Of a DNA stretch of 64,000 bases, positions 29,737 to 39,262 are shown in pieces (the stretch's first letter is position 1; every line of letters starts with the position of its first letter). The notes beneath the pieces were generated by a model. That model did no database searches. It saw only the letters and a program-made list of their open reading frames with translations, and had not been told where the DNA came from. Origin of the DNA: a bacterium (GTDB lineage Bacteria > UBA8248); NCBI GenBank assembly GCA_965202625.1, contig CBDBBI010000010.1:960001-1024000 (forward strand), given 5' to 3'. The position numbers and the translations under genes were made by a program.

Positions 29737-31650
29737 ATGAAGAGATTCATGGGGACGTTTTCAGCGGCGCTTTTTCTTTTGCTCGCCCCTGCACCATCCA
29801 CGCCCGCTCTGGCGGCGCGGGTCTCATGCGGCTTTCTGACTCCGAACTTCTTCATACACGCCTCGGCGGCGGAAGTTGCCCGTTGTATTGCGGCCGGTGC
29901 GAACGTGAACGCGCGCTCCAAGGACGGAGATACGCCCCTGCACGCGGCGGCGGCGCAAAGCAAGACACCGGCGGTCGTGGCAGCGCTCGTGAAGGCTGGA
30001 GCGGACCTGAACGCGCGGTCCAAGAACGGAATAAAGCCCCTGCACTTGGCGGCGGCGCAAAGCAAAACGCCCGGTGTCGTAGCGGTGCTCCTGAAGGCCG
30101 GAGCGAAGGTGAACGCGAAAGACAAGTACGGAGATACGCCCCTGCACTGGGCGGCGTGGAACAGCAAGACGCCCGGTGTCGTGGCGGCGCTCGTGAAGGC
30201 CGGAGCGGACCTGAACGCGCGGGATGAGAATGGAATGACGCCCCTGCACCGGGCGGCGGCACACAGCAAAACGCCCGAAGTCGTGGCGACTTTGCTGAAG
30301 GCCGGTGCGGACGCGAACGCGCGGGATACTAAGTACGGAATGACGCCCCTGCACCGGGCGGCGGCACACAGCAAAACGCCCGAAGTCGTGGCGACTTTGC
30401 TGAAGGCCGGTGCGGACGCGAACGCGCGGGATACTAAGTACGGAATGACGCCCCTGCACCGGGCAGCGGTATTCAGCGAGACGCCCGGTATAGTGGCAGC
30501 GCTCGTGAAGGCCGGTGCGGACCTGAACGCGCGGGACAAGAACGGAGATACGCCCCTGCACGCGGCGGCGTGGAACAGCAAGACGCCCGGTGTCGTGGCC
30601 GCACTCGTGAAGGCCGGAGCGGACGCGAACGCGCGGGCCAAGAGGGGATTGACGCCCCTGCACGCGGCGGCGGCATTCAGCAAGACGCCCGGTGTCGTGG
30701 CCGCGCTCGTGAAGGCCGGAGCGGACGCGAACGCGCGGGACAAGGACGGATGGACGCCCCTGCACACGGCGGCGGTATTGAGCAAGACGCCCAGTGTCGT
30801 GGCAACGCTCGTAAAGGCCGGAGCGGACGCGAACGCGCGAGACAAGGACGGATGGACGCCCCTGCACCGGGCGGCGGCGAAAAGCAAGACGCCCAGTGTC
30901 GTGGCAACGCTCGTAAAGGCCGGAGCGGACGCGAACGCGCGAGACAAGAACGGATGGACGCCCCTGCACACGGCGGCGGTATTGAGCAAGACGCCCAGTG
31001 TCGTGGCAACGCTCGTAAAGGCCGGAGCGGACGCGAACGCGCGAGACAAGGACGGATGGACGCCCCTGCACCGGGCGGCGGCGAAAAGCAAGACGCCCAG
31101 TGTCGTGGCAACGCTCGTAAAGGCCGGAGCGGACGCGAACGCGCGAGACAAGAACGGATTGACGCCCCTGCACACGGCGGCGAAAAGCAAGACGCCCAGT
31201 GTCGTGGCAACGCTCGTGAAGGCCGGAGCGGACGCGAACGCGCGAGACAAGAACGGAGGGACGCCCCTGCACACGGCGGCGGCATTCAGCAAGACGCCCG
31301 GTGTCGTGGCCGCGCTCGTGAAGGCCGGAGCGGACCTGAACGCGCGAAATGAGGACGGATGGACGCCCCTGCACACGGCGGCGGCGAAAAGCAAGACGCC
31401 CGGTATAGTGGCCGCGCTCGTAAAGGCCGGAGCAGACGTGAACGCGCAGGATGAGGACGGAGTGACGCCCCTGCACGTGGCGGCGGTATTGAGCCAGACG
31501 CCCAGTGTCGTGGCATCTTTGCTGGACGCCGGAGCGAACCCGGCGGCAAAAGACAAAGCAGGCAAAACGCCATGGTATTACGCGAAAGAAAACGCCGCCC
31601 TCAAGGGAACGAAAGCCTATTGGCGGCTGAACGAGGGGCGCTTCAAATAA
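29737..31650 (+). CDS. Secreted ankyrin-repeat protein, 16 repeats plus N- and C-caps
   Basis: GGAGG SD; signal peptide ending ALA; repeats of A.D..G.TPLH.AA..SKTP.VVA.LVKAGAD.N. Confidence 0.95.
   Translation: MKRFMGTFSAALFLLLAPAPSTPALAARVSCGFLTPNFFIHASAAEVARCIAAGANVNARSKDGDTPLHAAAAQSKTPAVVAALVKAGADLNARSKNGIKPLHLAAAQSKTPGVVAVLLKAGAKVNAKDKYGDTPLHWAAWNSKTPGVVAALVKAGADLNARDENGMTPLHRAAAHSKTPEVVATLLKAGADANARDTKYGMTPLHRAAAHSKTPEVVATLLKAGADANARDTKYGMTPLHRAAVFSETPGIVAALVKAGADLNARDKNGDTPLHAAAWNSKTPGVVAALVKAGADANARAKRGLTPLHAAAAFSKTPGVVAALVKAGADANARDKDGWTPLHTAAVLSKTPSVVATLVKAGADANARDKDGWTPLHRAAAKSKTPSVVATLVKAGADANARDKNGWTPLHTAAVLSKTPSVVATLVKAGADANARDKDGWTPLHRAAAKSKTPSVVATLVKAGADANARDKNGLTPLHTAAKSKTPSVVATLVKAGADANARDKNGGTPLHTAAAFSKTPGVVAALVKAGADLNARNEDGWTPLHTAAAKSKTPGIVAALVKAGADVNAQDEDGVTPLHVAAVLSQTPSVVASLLDAGANPAAKDKAGKTPWYYAKENAALKGTKAYWRLNEGRFK
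29911..31545 (+). repeat. 102-bp tandem repeat array (16 units; two of 105 bp, one of 99 bp)
   Basis: Near-identical DNA units encoding the 34-aa ankyrin repeats. Confidence 0.95.
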
Positions 31651-31721
31651 AGCGCGTCTTGCAAGGACGAGAGCGCCGCGGACGGCTTTGAGAACGCGAG
31701 GCCTATCCGTCTCATCCCGCC

Positions 31722-31752
31722 TTGACAAGCGAAGGGCGAAGAATGGCATAAT
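31722..31752 (+). promoter_or_regulatory. Putative promoter TTGACA-N19-CATAAT with extended -10 TG
   Basis: Motif match upstream of the TPR gene; spacer longer than optimal. Confidence 0.45.
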
Positions 31753-31797
31753 TTCACCGTGTCGCCGCCGTTCGACTGCAGAAGATGGGACTGAACG

Positions 31798-32331
31798 ATG
31801 AATGAATTTGCAGATGTGAACTTTGATGAGAAGTATAAAAAGGAGGCGCAGGTCAACCCCGACCTCAAGCGCGCTCTGGATCTCCTGAGCAAGGGCGGCC
31901 GCGCCCACACGAAAGGAGAACTGGACAAGGCCATCGAGCTGTATAGAAACTCCATCGCCTACTACCCCACCGCGGACGCCCACACCTATCTGGGCTGGAT
32001 GTACAGCAAGCAGGGGCGGCTGGAGGAGGCTATCGAGGAGTGCCATATGGCCATTGAGGTCGACGATGAGTTCGGAAACCCATACAACGACATCGGCTGC
32101 TATCTCATGCAGTTGGGCGAACTCGACGAGGCGACGGGATGGCTCGAGAAAGCGAAGTCCGCCCCGAGATACGAGCCGCGCCATTTCCCTTACGTCAACC
32201 TGGGGCGCATCTACCTTCAAAAGGGAGAACATGGCAAGGCGCAAGGCGAGATTTACGAAGCCATCAAGCGCGCCCCGGAGGAGAAGGGTTTGAAGGAAAG
32301 GTTCCTGGAGCTGGTTTCACTCCTCAACTAA
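31798..32331 (+). CDS. Tetratricopeptide repeat protein
   Basis: PTADAHTYLGW.YS..G..EEAI.EC..AI, GNPYNDIG.YL, YVNLGRIY. Confidence 0.9.
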   Translation: MNEFADVNFDEKYKKEAQVNPDLKRALDLLSKGGRAHTKGELDKAIELYRNSIAYYPTADAHTYLGWMYSKQGRLEEAIEECHMAIEVDDEFGNPYNDIGCYLMQLGELDEATGWLEKAKSAPRYEPRHFPYVNLGRIYLQKGEHGKAQGEIYEAIKRAPEEKGLKERFLELVSLLN

Positions 32332-32383
32332 AGGCAAGCACCCTCCGAAAGCCGGCTCTATCTCCTCTTTCTCCGGTCAAAAC

Positions 32384-32836
32384 CTAGCCGGGAATCTTCT
32401 CCCTCGCATCTTCTTCCATCCATTCGTCTTCCACGTAGATCGTCTTTGCGGCATCCCGGTTCGGGCAATCGCCATAGGTAAAGACGAGCTCGGCGTCCTC
32501 CGTTTCGCTCGGATTGTAAAGCCCGTGAATCTCGCCCGCCGCGCAATATACGAACGTGCCGGTCGGTACCATGTGCTCTTCCTTCTCCTCTCCCATCCAA
32601 ACGACAATCGGGCCTTTGACGATGTAGAACGTGGCGTCGCACACGTGATAGTGCCTCTGGTTGCGGCCCTGGGGGGGAATGATGGTGCGCCCCATCGTGA
32701 TCGTTCCCGTGCCGGTGGAGTGGCTGTCCACCCCCCACGCGATGATGAGGGGCGGCTCGTATTTTTTGTCCACGCCGATGGCCGTGGAATCAATCAGACA
32801 CCAGCGCTGTTTCGTGGGTGCGGACAAAGCGGACAT
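32384..32836 (-). CDS. Cupin domain protein
   Basis: NQRHYH and GEIHGLYN cupin motifs; AGGAG SD before MSALSA. Confidence 0.85.
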   Translation of the reverse strand: MSALSAPTKQRWCLIDSTAIGVDKKYEPPLIIAWGVDSHSTGTGTITMGRTIIPPQGRNQRHYHVCDATFYIVKGPIVVWMGEEKEEHMVPTGTFVYCAAGEIHGLYNPSETEDAELVFTYGDCPNRDAAKTIYVEDEWMEEDAREKIPG

Positions 32837-32956
32837 GGAGACTCCTTTTGATGGCGGATGACGTGAAATTTCCAAAAGTGCGAACTCCCTGGTTCTCGGA
32901 AGCCCGTGTAATCTAACCGCTCGACTCTCGGAGCGCAAGGAGAGAAGCCCGTATGC

Positions 32957-33976
32957 TCATCCCTCCAGGAACAGCTGCACCTCTCTCAGCAGCTCCATTC
33001 TGCGCTTTTCGAGCTCCATGAAATGCGTGCCGTCGTTGATGATGACGTAGCGCTTGCCCCGGCTGTTGCGGAGCGCCTGATACAGTCCCCACGCCTCCGG
33101 GTCGTCCGAGGCGCCATCCTGATCCCCTCGGATGAGGAGAACGGGACACGTTATCCGGCCTGCATCATAGAGGGGCTTGTTCCTCGCCCGATCATACAAG
33201 TCCAGCAAGGAGCCATTCGCCAACCGAAAAGCGGGCGTCCGGCGCTTGGCTCCCTCCGGGTCATGGCGAAGGAGGGCCTGGAAATACGCCTTCACCACCT
33301 TGGTCTCGCGCCATCTGTGGTGAGCGTCTCCCGGTATATGTCCCCACCATCGCGCGCACACGTCCTTCTCCGCGCACCAGGACCAGGCGCCTCGCCTGGC
33401 GTCAAATTCACCGGGGCTTTTGGGGTCTTCCAGCTGGCGCGCGCGCAAGGGGTTATCATAGGCGTAATAGGGAGCGTAAAGGACGAGCCTGTCTACGCCC
33501 GCCATGTTGTCCGCCGCATAGGCCGGCGCCGTCGTCGTGCCCCAAGAACGGCCCAAAATGGCGATTTTGCTCACGCCCCGCCTGTCAAGGATGAAGTCCA
33601 CCGCCGCTTTGACGTCCCTTACGGCCATCTTGCCAGGTATTGCGGGAGGTTGACCCCTGGGGCTTTCGAACAACTCCCTGGGCCAGGTGGATTCGCCAAA
33701 GCCCCGAATCGAGAGCGCGAAGACGTCAAACCCGCGCGAGGCGACGTAGTCCATCCACGAATAGCCGGAAACTGGAAGGTCATACGCCACGGGGCCGGGC
33801 GCCATCCGTCCGTGCACGAAGAGCAGCGTGGCCCGTTCTCCGAATTTTCTCTTCCCCTTTGGACGCTTCTCCCTTACGTGCAGCCTGACGTCAGAATCGA
33901 GCGAGGGGACGTAGTGATCGATTCTCTCCACCCCCCTCAAGGCGGCGTTCTTCCGCAGCGAAACGCTCACGCCCAA
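32957..33976 (-). CDS. Alpha/beta hydrolase
   Basis: LFVHG, RGFGES, GRSWG nucleophile elbow, IRGDQD, GTHF. Confidence 0.88.
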   Translation of the reverse strand: MGVSVSLRKNAALRGVERIDHYVPSLDSDVRLHVREKRPKGKRKFGERATLLFVHGRMAPGPVAYDLPVSGYSWMDYVASRGFDVFALSIRGFGESTWPRELFESPRGQPPAIPGKMAVRDVKAAVDFILDRRGVSKIAILGRSWGTTTAPAYAADNMAGVDRLVLYAPYYAYDNPLRARQLEDPKSPGEFDARRGAWSWCAEKDVCARWWGHIPGDAHHRWRETKVVKAYFQALLRHDPEGAKRRTPAFRLANGSLLDLYDRARNKPLYDAGRITCPVLLIRGDQDGASDDPEAWGLYQALRNSRGKRYVIINDGTHFMELEKRRMELLREVQLFLEG

Positions 33977-33982
33977 GTTCCC

Positions 33983-34930
33983 CTAGCTTTTCAGGCGGGA
34001 ATAATCTTGATGATACGCGGGCGGCAGCGCGCCCCCTCGTCCCTGGACGACATGGAGCTTGCCCCATCCCCGGCCTGCATTCCAAAACCTGCGCTGTATG
34101 CCCGCCGGCACCCAACACATGTCCCATGGATGCAGAACCTGCTGATGCGCGTCCCCTCCCTCATCGATCCAGAAGATCGTCCATATTCCCTCCAGGGGGA
34201 TAAACGCTTCTTCGAGGTCCGGATGATCGTGCAGCGGTGCGCCCGAACCCGCCCGGTTTTCGTTGATGACGAACGAGACCTCCCCCTCCGGCAAGGACGG
34301 GGGCGGCCCCACGCCCTCGAGCTCGCCGCCTACACGGCCCGCGTAGCGGCGAATTCCCCGGACTCCCTCGGGCAAGGAAGCTTCGTGATAGACCTGAAAG
34401 TTCATGGGGCATTCATCATAACGAACCACCTGGGCGAGGGGGTCTATGAGAGAAACGCTCTCCATCGCCGCCTCACGCGCCTCTCCCTGAAACATGGGCG
34501 CCTCATACGCCCCGCGCCCATGAATGTAGTAGAGAAACCCGTCCTCGTCTCCACAGTTGTGATAGCCCCGCATGACGCCCGGCGGCATTCGGACGGCGTC
34601 ATAACGCCCAAGCCGGACGGTTCTCATCTCTCCACTGCGCGCGTCTTCCCAAAACACCTCGAACACGCCGGCCCAAACCATGAAGACTTCCTCGAACCGA
34701 TGCGCGTGCAGCGGGGCGCCGTTTTGGGGAGGCGCCATCACCACACCGTTGGCAAGCTCCCAACCGGGGAGTGCCGCCCGCGGCTCCTTATCGCGCGGCC
34801 CGCCGACGTAGCGATAGACGGCCCGATGACGCCCCTGCTCACGGGCGTCGGGAGAGGATTCCCAATCGGGCGCAATCTCGGCGAAACGGACGACGGCGGG
34901 GGGCGTGGCTCTTGAAGCGGGCTGGGTCAT
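33983..34930 (-). CDS. Bicupin (two cupin domains)
   Basis: GAPLHAH.FEEVF and GAPLHDH..LEEAF repeated cupin motifs. Confidence 0.85.
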   Translation of the reverse strand: MTQPASRATPPAVVRFAEIAPDWESSPDAREQGRHRAVYRYVGGPRDKEPRAALPGWELANGVVMAPPQNGAPLHAHRFEEVFMVWAGVFEVFWEDARSGEMRTVRLGRYDAVRMPPGVMRGYHNCGDEDGFLYYIHGRGAYEAPMFQGEAREAAMESVSLIDPLAQVVRYDECPMNFQVYHEASLPEGVRGIRRYAGRVGGELEGVGPPPSLPEGEVSFVINENRAGSGAPLHDHPDLEEAFIPLEGIWTIFWIDEGGDAHQQVLHPWDMCWVPAGIQRRFWNAGRGWGKLHVVQGRGGALPPAYHQDYSRLKS

Positions 34931-34956
34931 CTTCGGACACCTCGGCGGCTATATGT

Positions 34957-36324
34957 TCAGGGGAGGTTGACGCCTTCATATACGCCTTCCGCCCGATACG
35001 CCTCATCAAGCAAGACGACGGGATGCGCCACCCGAAGGTCCATGCCGCGCTCGCGGGCGCCGAAGGCGATCTGAATCTGGCAACCGGGGTTCCCCGTGCA
35101 GATTAAGGGTGCCTTTGCATCCTCGATATGCCCCATTTTCCTGTCGAGAAGACGCATGGAGAGCTCCGTTTGCGTCAGGTTGTAGCTGCCCGCAGAGCCG
35201 CAACACCAGTCGCTTTCCTTGAGAGGCACCACCTCGACGTTGCGAATCGCGGCGAGAACGTCGAGCGGTTCCTTGCATACCTTAAGCGCATGAAACAGAT
35301 GGCAGGGGTGATGATACGCGACCTTGCGAGGCGCGGGATGCGACGCCTCTCTCACTCCAATTTTGGAGAGAAACACGGTGACGTCCATCGCTTTATCGCT
35401 GAACGCCTTCGCGCGGCTTGCGTAGAAGGGATCGTCCGCGAGCAACTCCCCGTAGTCATGGAGCATGGCGCCGCAGCCGGAGACGGCCAGGACGACGGCG
35501 TCGAACTCCCCTGCGCCGATGGCGTCCAGGTTCTCGCGCGCCAGGATTCTCGCCGCCTCCCTGTCCCCGGCGTGGGCCTGGAGTGCGCCGCAACAAGTCT
35601 GCGCAGAAGGAAAAACGACCCGTACCCCGTTCACGGCCAACGCGCGTATGGCGGCCCGGTTCACGTCGCCGAACAGGGTGGACTGGATACATCCGCCGAA
35701 GAAGGCGACGCGGCCTCTCTCCTCTCCGACGGGCGCCACCTCCGGGGGAAGCGCCCTCATTGAGGAGATGGGCGGAACTTTGGGCATCATGGGTTCAAGC
35801 GCGGCCAGTTTGGAGGGCAAAAGACCCATTCTCCTCACCAGGTTTCCCAGAATCGTGGTTTGATACGCTCGGGCGACCGCGCCCGCCAAATTGAGCAGCG
35901 TCCTGCTCGGCAGAAGCCAGCGGAAGAGAATTCTTCTCAGCGCCCTCACGGTCAGGGGACGTTTTCGCACCTTCTCGAGTCCCTCGCGCGCCGCCTCGAT
36001 CAAAGAGCCATAGGGCACGCCCGAAGGACACGAAGTCTCACATGCGCGGCAACCCAGGCATTGATCCAGGTGTTTTATTACCGTCTCGTTCGGAGCCATC
36101 TCGCCGTCCGCCACCATCCGCATGAGATAGATTCTTCCCCTCGGAGAATCCATCTCGCTGCCGAGCAGGGCGAAAGTCGGACAATTCGTCGTGCAGAATC
36201 CACAATGGATGCACCGTTGAATCATCCGTCTGTCGGGAGCGCCCGGACCGACGAAAGGGTTTTCATATTCAGGAAAAATTTGCGCGAAACCTATCTTTTC
36301 GTCTCTCGCCATCGGCGCGTCCAC
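34957..36324 (-). CDS. glcF: Glycolate oxidase-like Fe-S subunit
   Basis: CIHCGFCTTNCP, CLGCRACETSCP, two CCG domains, NPGC. Confidence 0.88.
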   Translation of the reverse strand: MDAPMARDEKIGFAQIFPEYENPFVGPGAPDRRMIQRCIHCGFCTTNCPTFALLGSEMDSPRGRIYLMRMVADGEMAPNETVIKHLDQCLGCRACETSCPSGVPYGSLIEAAREGLEKVRKRPLTVRALRRILFRWLLPSRTLLNLAGAVARAYQTTILGNLVRRMGLLPSKLAALEPMMPKVPPISSMRALPPEVAPVGEERGRVAFFGGCIQSTLFGDVNRAAIRALAVNGVRVVFPSAQTCCGALQAHAGDREAARILARENLDAIGAGEFDAVVLAVSGCGAMLHDYGELLADDPFYASRAKAFSDKAMDVTVFLSKIGVREASHPAPRKVAYHHPCHLFHALKVCKEPLDVLAAIRNVEVVPLKESDWCCGSAGSYNLTQTELSMRLLDRKMGHIEDAKAPLICTGNPGCQIQIAFGARERGMDLRVAHPVVLLDEAYRAEGVYEGVNLP

Positions 36325-36325
36325 C

Positions 36326-37705
36326 CTACATCCGGCCCACGAAGCGGCCGGGACTCAAAATCCCCTTTGGATCATACTCTCTCTTGACGTTTCGCATCAG
36401 ACGAAGCGACGCGGGCTCGAGCGCGTCCTCCCCCCAGACGGCTATCTGCTCCCGAACCGCCTCCGGTCCCGCATCCATGCGCAGGTGAACGGAACGCCCC
36501 TCCCCTCCCCTCGCTCCTTCCCGACAACGGGAGGAAAAGGCGCGCCACGCCTCCAAGGGAGAGGACTCCGCATCCTGGGGCGCGAGCCAGCACCTCAACA
36601 CGCCACTGCCCGCATGCGCCGAAACGGCGCAAACATACTTTCCCGCCTGGCCGGCCAGCCGCGCGGCCTCCGCAAAACGGGGCAGTTGATCAAGACGGCC
36701 CGAGGCTCTCAGGGCGAGCGCATCAGGAGTTGAGAAGTCTCCTCCGGGCGGGTCGGCCAGGGTACGGCCGAGGCGCGCGGTTTCCTCATGATCAACGCGC
36801 AAAATTTCACCGCAGCCCTCTCTCACGAGAATCTCCTCGCACCGGGACAACTGATCCCTGAGTCCCGCCTCAAAATCACCGTAAGAGACCGCGAGACTTA
36901 CCGAGCCAGGCAAGGAGATTCCGCCGCCAGAGGCCAACAGTCCGACGCGTTCATCGTTCAACACCTCCACCCACATGGGCGTGAGCGGCGAGGCCATCAA
37001 CACCCTGGCGGCCTTAAACGCGGCGTCCTCGGACGAAAAGCCCGCCGCCACCGCCCCGATGCGCTCAGGAGCCTTATATAGTCGAACGGCCAGTTCGGTG
37101 ACGACGGCCAGCGTCCCCCAACTTCCCGCGAGAAGGCGGTTCATGTCATAGCCGGTAACGTTTTTCACCACCAACGCGCCATAGGTGTGCGTGGCGCCAT
37201 CGGCCAGGGCGACTCTCATTCGCATGACGCGGTCGCGCGCCCGACCCCAGCGCACCCGCATGGGGCCTGAGCGCTCGGCGACGATGGCGCCTCCCACCGT
37301 GGAGGTTTCCGGATGGGGGGGGTCGAGACCCGCCGTCTGACCTTCAGGGCGCGTTAAGGCATCGATATCCTCGACCCTCATCCCCGCCTCCACCACGGCC
37401 GTGAGATCATCCTTCAGGAACTCTACTACCTTCGACATTCGCTCCAAGGAGAGCGCCACGTCATAGTTTTCGGGCGCATACCCCATCCTCGCGCCAGTGC
37501 CCCCTCCCCAAGGAAACACGGCCAGATCTGCTTCGTTCGCGCGCGCAAGAACGCGGCAGAGGGCTTCATGGTCAGCTGGACGCGCCACAACCGATGGCGT
37601 CCTGCCTCCCAGTCTGAAGGAATCCGTCCCCGCGTCCGACAAAAGAGCGGAGTCCCCCACCTCCGCTTCCACGGACTGGGCGAACGAATCGAGTTTCAGG
37701 GCCAT
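36326..37705 (-). CDS. glcE: Glycolate oxidase-like FAD-binding subunit
   Basis: GGGT, STVGG, VVKNVTGYDM.RL..GSWGTL, DPKGILSPGR. Confidence 0.85.
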   Translation of the reverse strand: MALKLDSFAQSVEAEVGDSALLSDAGTDSFRLGGRTPSVVARPADHEALCRVLARANEADLAVFPWGGGTGARMGYAPENYDVALSLERMSKVVEFLKDDLTAVVEAGMRVEDIDALTRPEGQTAGLDPPHPETSTVGGAIVAERSGPMRVRWGRARDRVMRMRVALADGATHTYGALVVKNVTGYDMNRLLAGSWGTLAVVTELAVRLYKAPERIGAVAAGFSSEDAAFKAARVLMASPLTPMWVEVLNDERVGLLASGGGISLPGSVSLAVSYGDFEAGLRDQLSRCEEILVREGCGEILRVDHEETARLGRTLADPPGGDFSTPDALALRASGRLDQLPRFAEAARLAGQAGKYVCAVSAHAGSGVLRCWLAPQDAESSPLEAWRAFSSRCREGARGGEGRSVHLRMDAGPEAVREQIAVWGEDALEPASLRLMRNVKREYDPKGILSPGRFVGRM

Positions 37706-37712
37706 GGCTCGT

Positions 37713-39158
37713 CTACTTCGTCATTCCCCCGCCCATCCGGGCGACGGCGCCGCCATGCGCGACCGGGAACACGTTGTCCTCATCCGGTATCAGCTTGCCG
37801 GGGTTCATCAAGCCGTCCTCGTCAATGGCGTCGCGCATACGCTCCATAATCTCCAGCGTGGGCGCATCAAACTGGTCCTTCATCTCCCGGATTTTCTCGA
37901 TCCCGATGCCGTGCTCGCCGGAGAGGACGCCCCCCGCCCGTATGCACGCGCGAAGCACATCCGCGCCGCACTCTATCGCCCGCTCCGTCTCTCCGGGCAC
38001 CTGATCGTCAAACAAGACGTTCGGATGCAGACTTCCGTCGCCTGCGTGAAACACGTTGGTGATGCGCAAGCCATAGCGAGAGGAGATTTCATCGAATTCC
38101 GCCAGCACTTGCGCGAGCTTCGAACGCGGCACAGTGCCATCCAGGCAATAGTAGGCGGGCGCGATCACTCCAAAAGCGCCAAACGCTTTTTTCCGTCCCA
38201 TCCAAAGACCCTCGCGCTCCTCTTCGGTCTGCGCCACCCGAAACGAGGAACAATCGTTTTTCTCGCTCACCTCACGAATGAGCGTCTCGAGCGGCCGCAT
38301 GGAGGACGGCAGGCCGTCGAGTTCAATCAGCAAAACGGCCTCGGCATCCTGCGGGTAGCCCGCCTGAACGACCGCCTCGACCGCCTCGACCGTGTAGCGA
38401 TCCATCAGCTCCATCGCGGCGGGAACGGCCCCCGAAGCAATGACGTCGCTCACCGTCCGGCACGCATCGCCCACCTTCGAGAAGCACGCGAGCATGGTGC
38501 GCACGCTATCCGGGTTTGGCGTGAGCCTCACGGTGAGTTCGGTCGTGATGGCGAAAGTCCCCTCCGATCCGATGAAGAACCCGCGCAGATCATAGCCCGG
38601 CGTCTCCTCCCCATCCGCGCCGAGACGCACCACCTCGCCGGTGGGCAGGACGACGGTCATCTCCATGATGTGGTTCGTCGTCATCCCGTACTTGAGACAA
38701 TGCGCGCCGCCGGAGTTTTCGGCCGCGTTGCCGCCGATGGTACAAGCCGCCTGGCTCGATGGGTCCGGCGCGTAATGAAAGCCGTGTGGCAAGGTTTCCT
38801 GAGAGAGACGGAGGTTGATCACCCCTGGCTGGACGCGAGCGAGACGGTTTTCATAATCCAGCTCCAGGATTTTGGTCATCCGCACAAAGACGAGGAGCAC
38901 GCCGCCCGGCAGCGGCGTCGCGCCCCCTGAAAGGCCCGTGCCCGCCCCGCGCGCGATCAGGGGAACACGGTGTTCACGGCAGATTTCGACGACTCGCCGC
39001 ACCTCCTCGGTGGTCTCAGGCAACACGACGGCCGAAGGCACGCCCTTGTAAATCGTGAGTCCATCGCAATCATACGTCCTGCGCGCGACCGGATCCGTAT
39101 AGATGAACTCCTCGCCCACAGCGTCCGTCAATCTTTGAATGAAGTCAGCGCGATTCAC
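37713..39158 (-). CDS. glcD: Glycolate oxidase-like FAD-linked subunit
   Basis: ARGAGTGLSGGA, APDPSSQ.ACTIGGN.AENSGGAHCLKYG, HAGDG.LHP, GEHGIG. Confidence 0.9.
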   Translation of the reverse strand: MNRADFIQRLTDAVGEEFIYTDPVARRTYDCDGLTIYKGVPSAVVLPETTEEVRRVVEICREHRVPLIARGAGTGLSGGATPLPGGVLLVFVRMTKILELDYENRLARVQPGVINLRLSQETLPHGFHYAPDPSSQAACTIGGNAAENSGGAHCLKYGMTTNHIMEMTVVLPTGEVVRLGADGEETPGYDLRGFFIGSEGTFAITTELTVRLTPNPDSVRTMLACFSKVGDACRTVSDVIASGAVPAAMELMDRYTVEAVEAVVQAGYPQDAEAVLLIELDGLPSSMRPLETLIREVSEKNDCSSFRVAQTEEEREGLWMGRKKAFGAFGVIAPAYYCLDGTVPRSKLAQVLAEFDEISSRYGLRITNVFHAGDGSLHPNVLFDDQVPGETERAIECGADVLRACIRAGGVLSGEHGIGIEKIREMKDQFDAPTLEIMERMRDAIDEDGLMNPGKLIPDEDNVFPVAHGGAVARMGGGMTK

Positions 39159-39262
39159 CTCAAACTCCCGCAGCGCTTCCTGAAAGAGTAAAAACGCATT
39201 AGAGTAGCGTCATATTACATTATATCTACCCTTTAGAAAAAAACGAAGAGAAAGGCGGATTT

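Noticed and set aside
29911-31545. TALE-like DNA-binding protein, suggested by the 34-aa period
   Set aside because: The repeats carry the ankyrin G.TPLH.AA...LVKAGAD.N consensus, not the TALE LTP.QVVAIAS consensus, and the protein has a secretion signal
28965-32244. Very long antisense ORFs (866 aa, 806 aa) over the ankyrin genes
   Set aside because: Repeats that lack a stop in one unit lack it in all; these are shadow frames with no SD or protein-like features
33023-34915. 630-aa + strand ORF (also 37497-38930, 45952-47136 and similar)
   Set aside because: Antisense shadows of well-supported genes in GC-rich DNA
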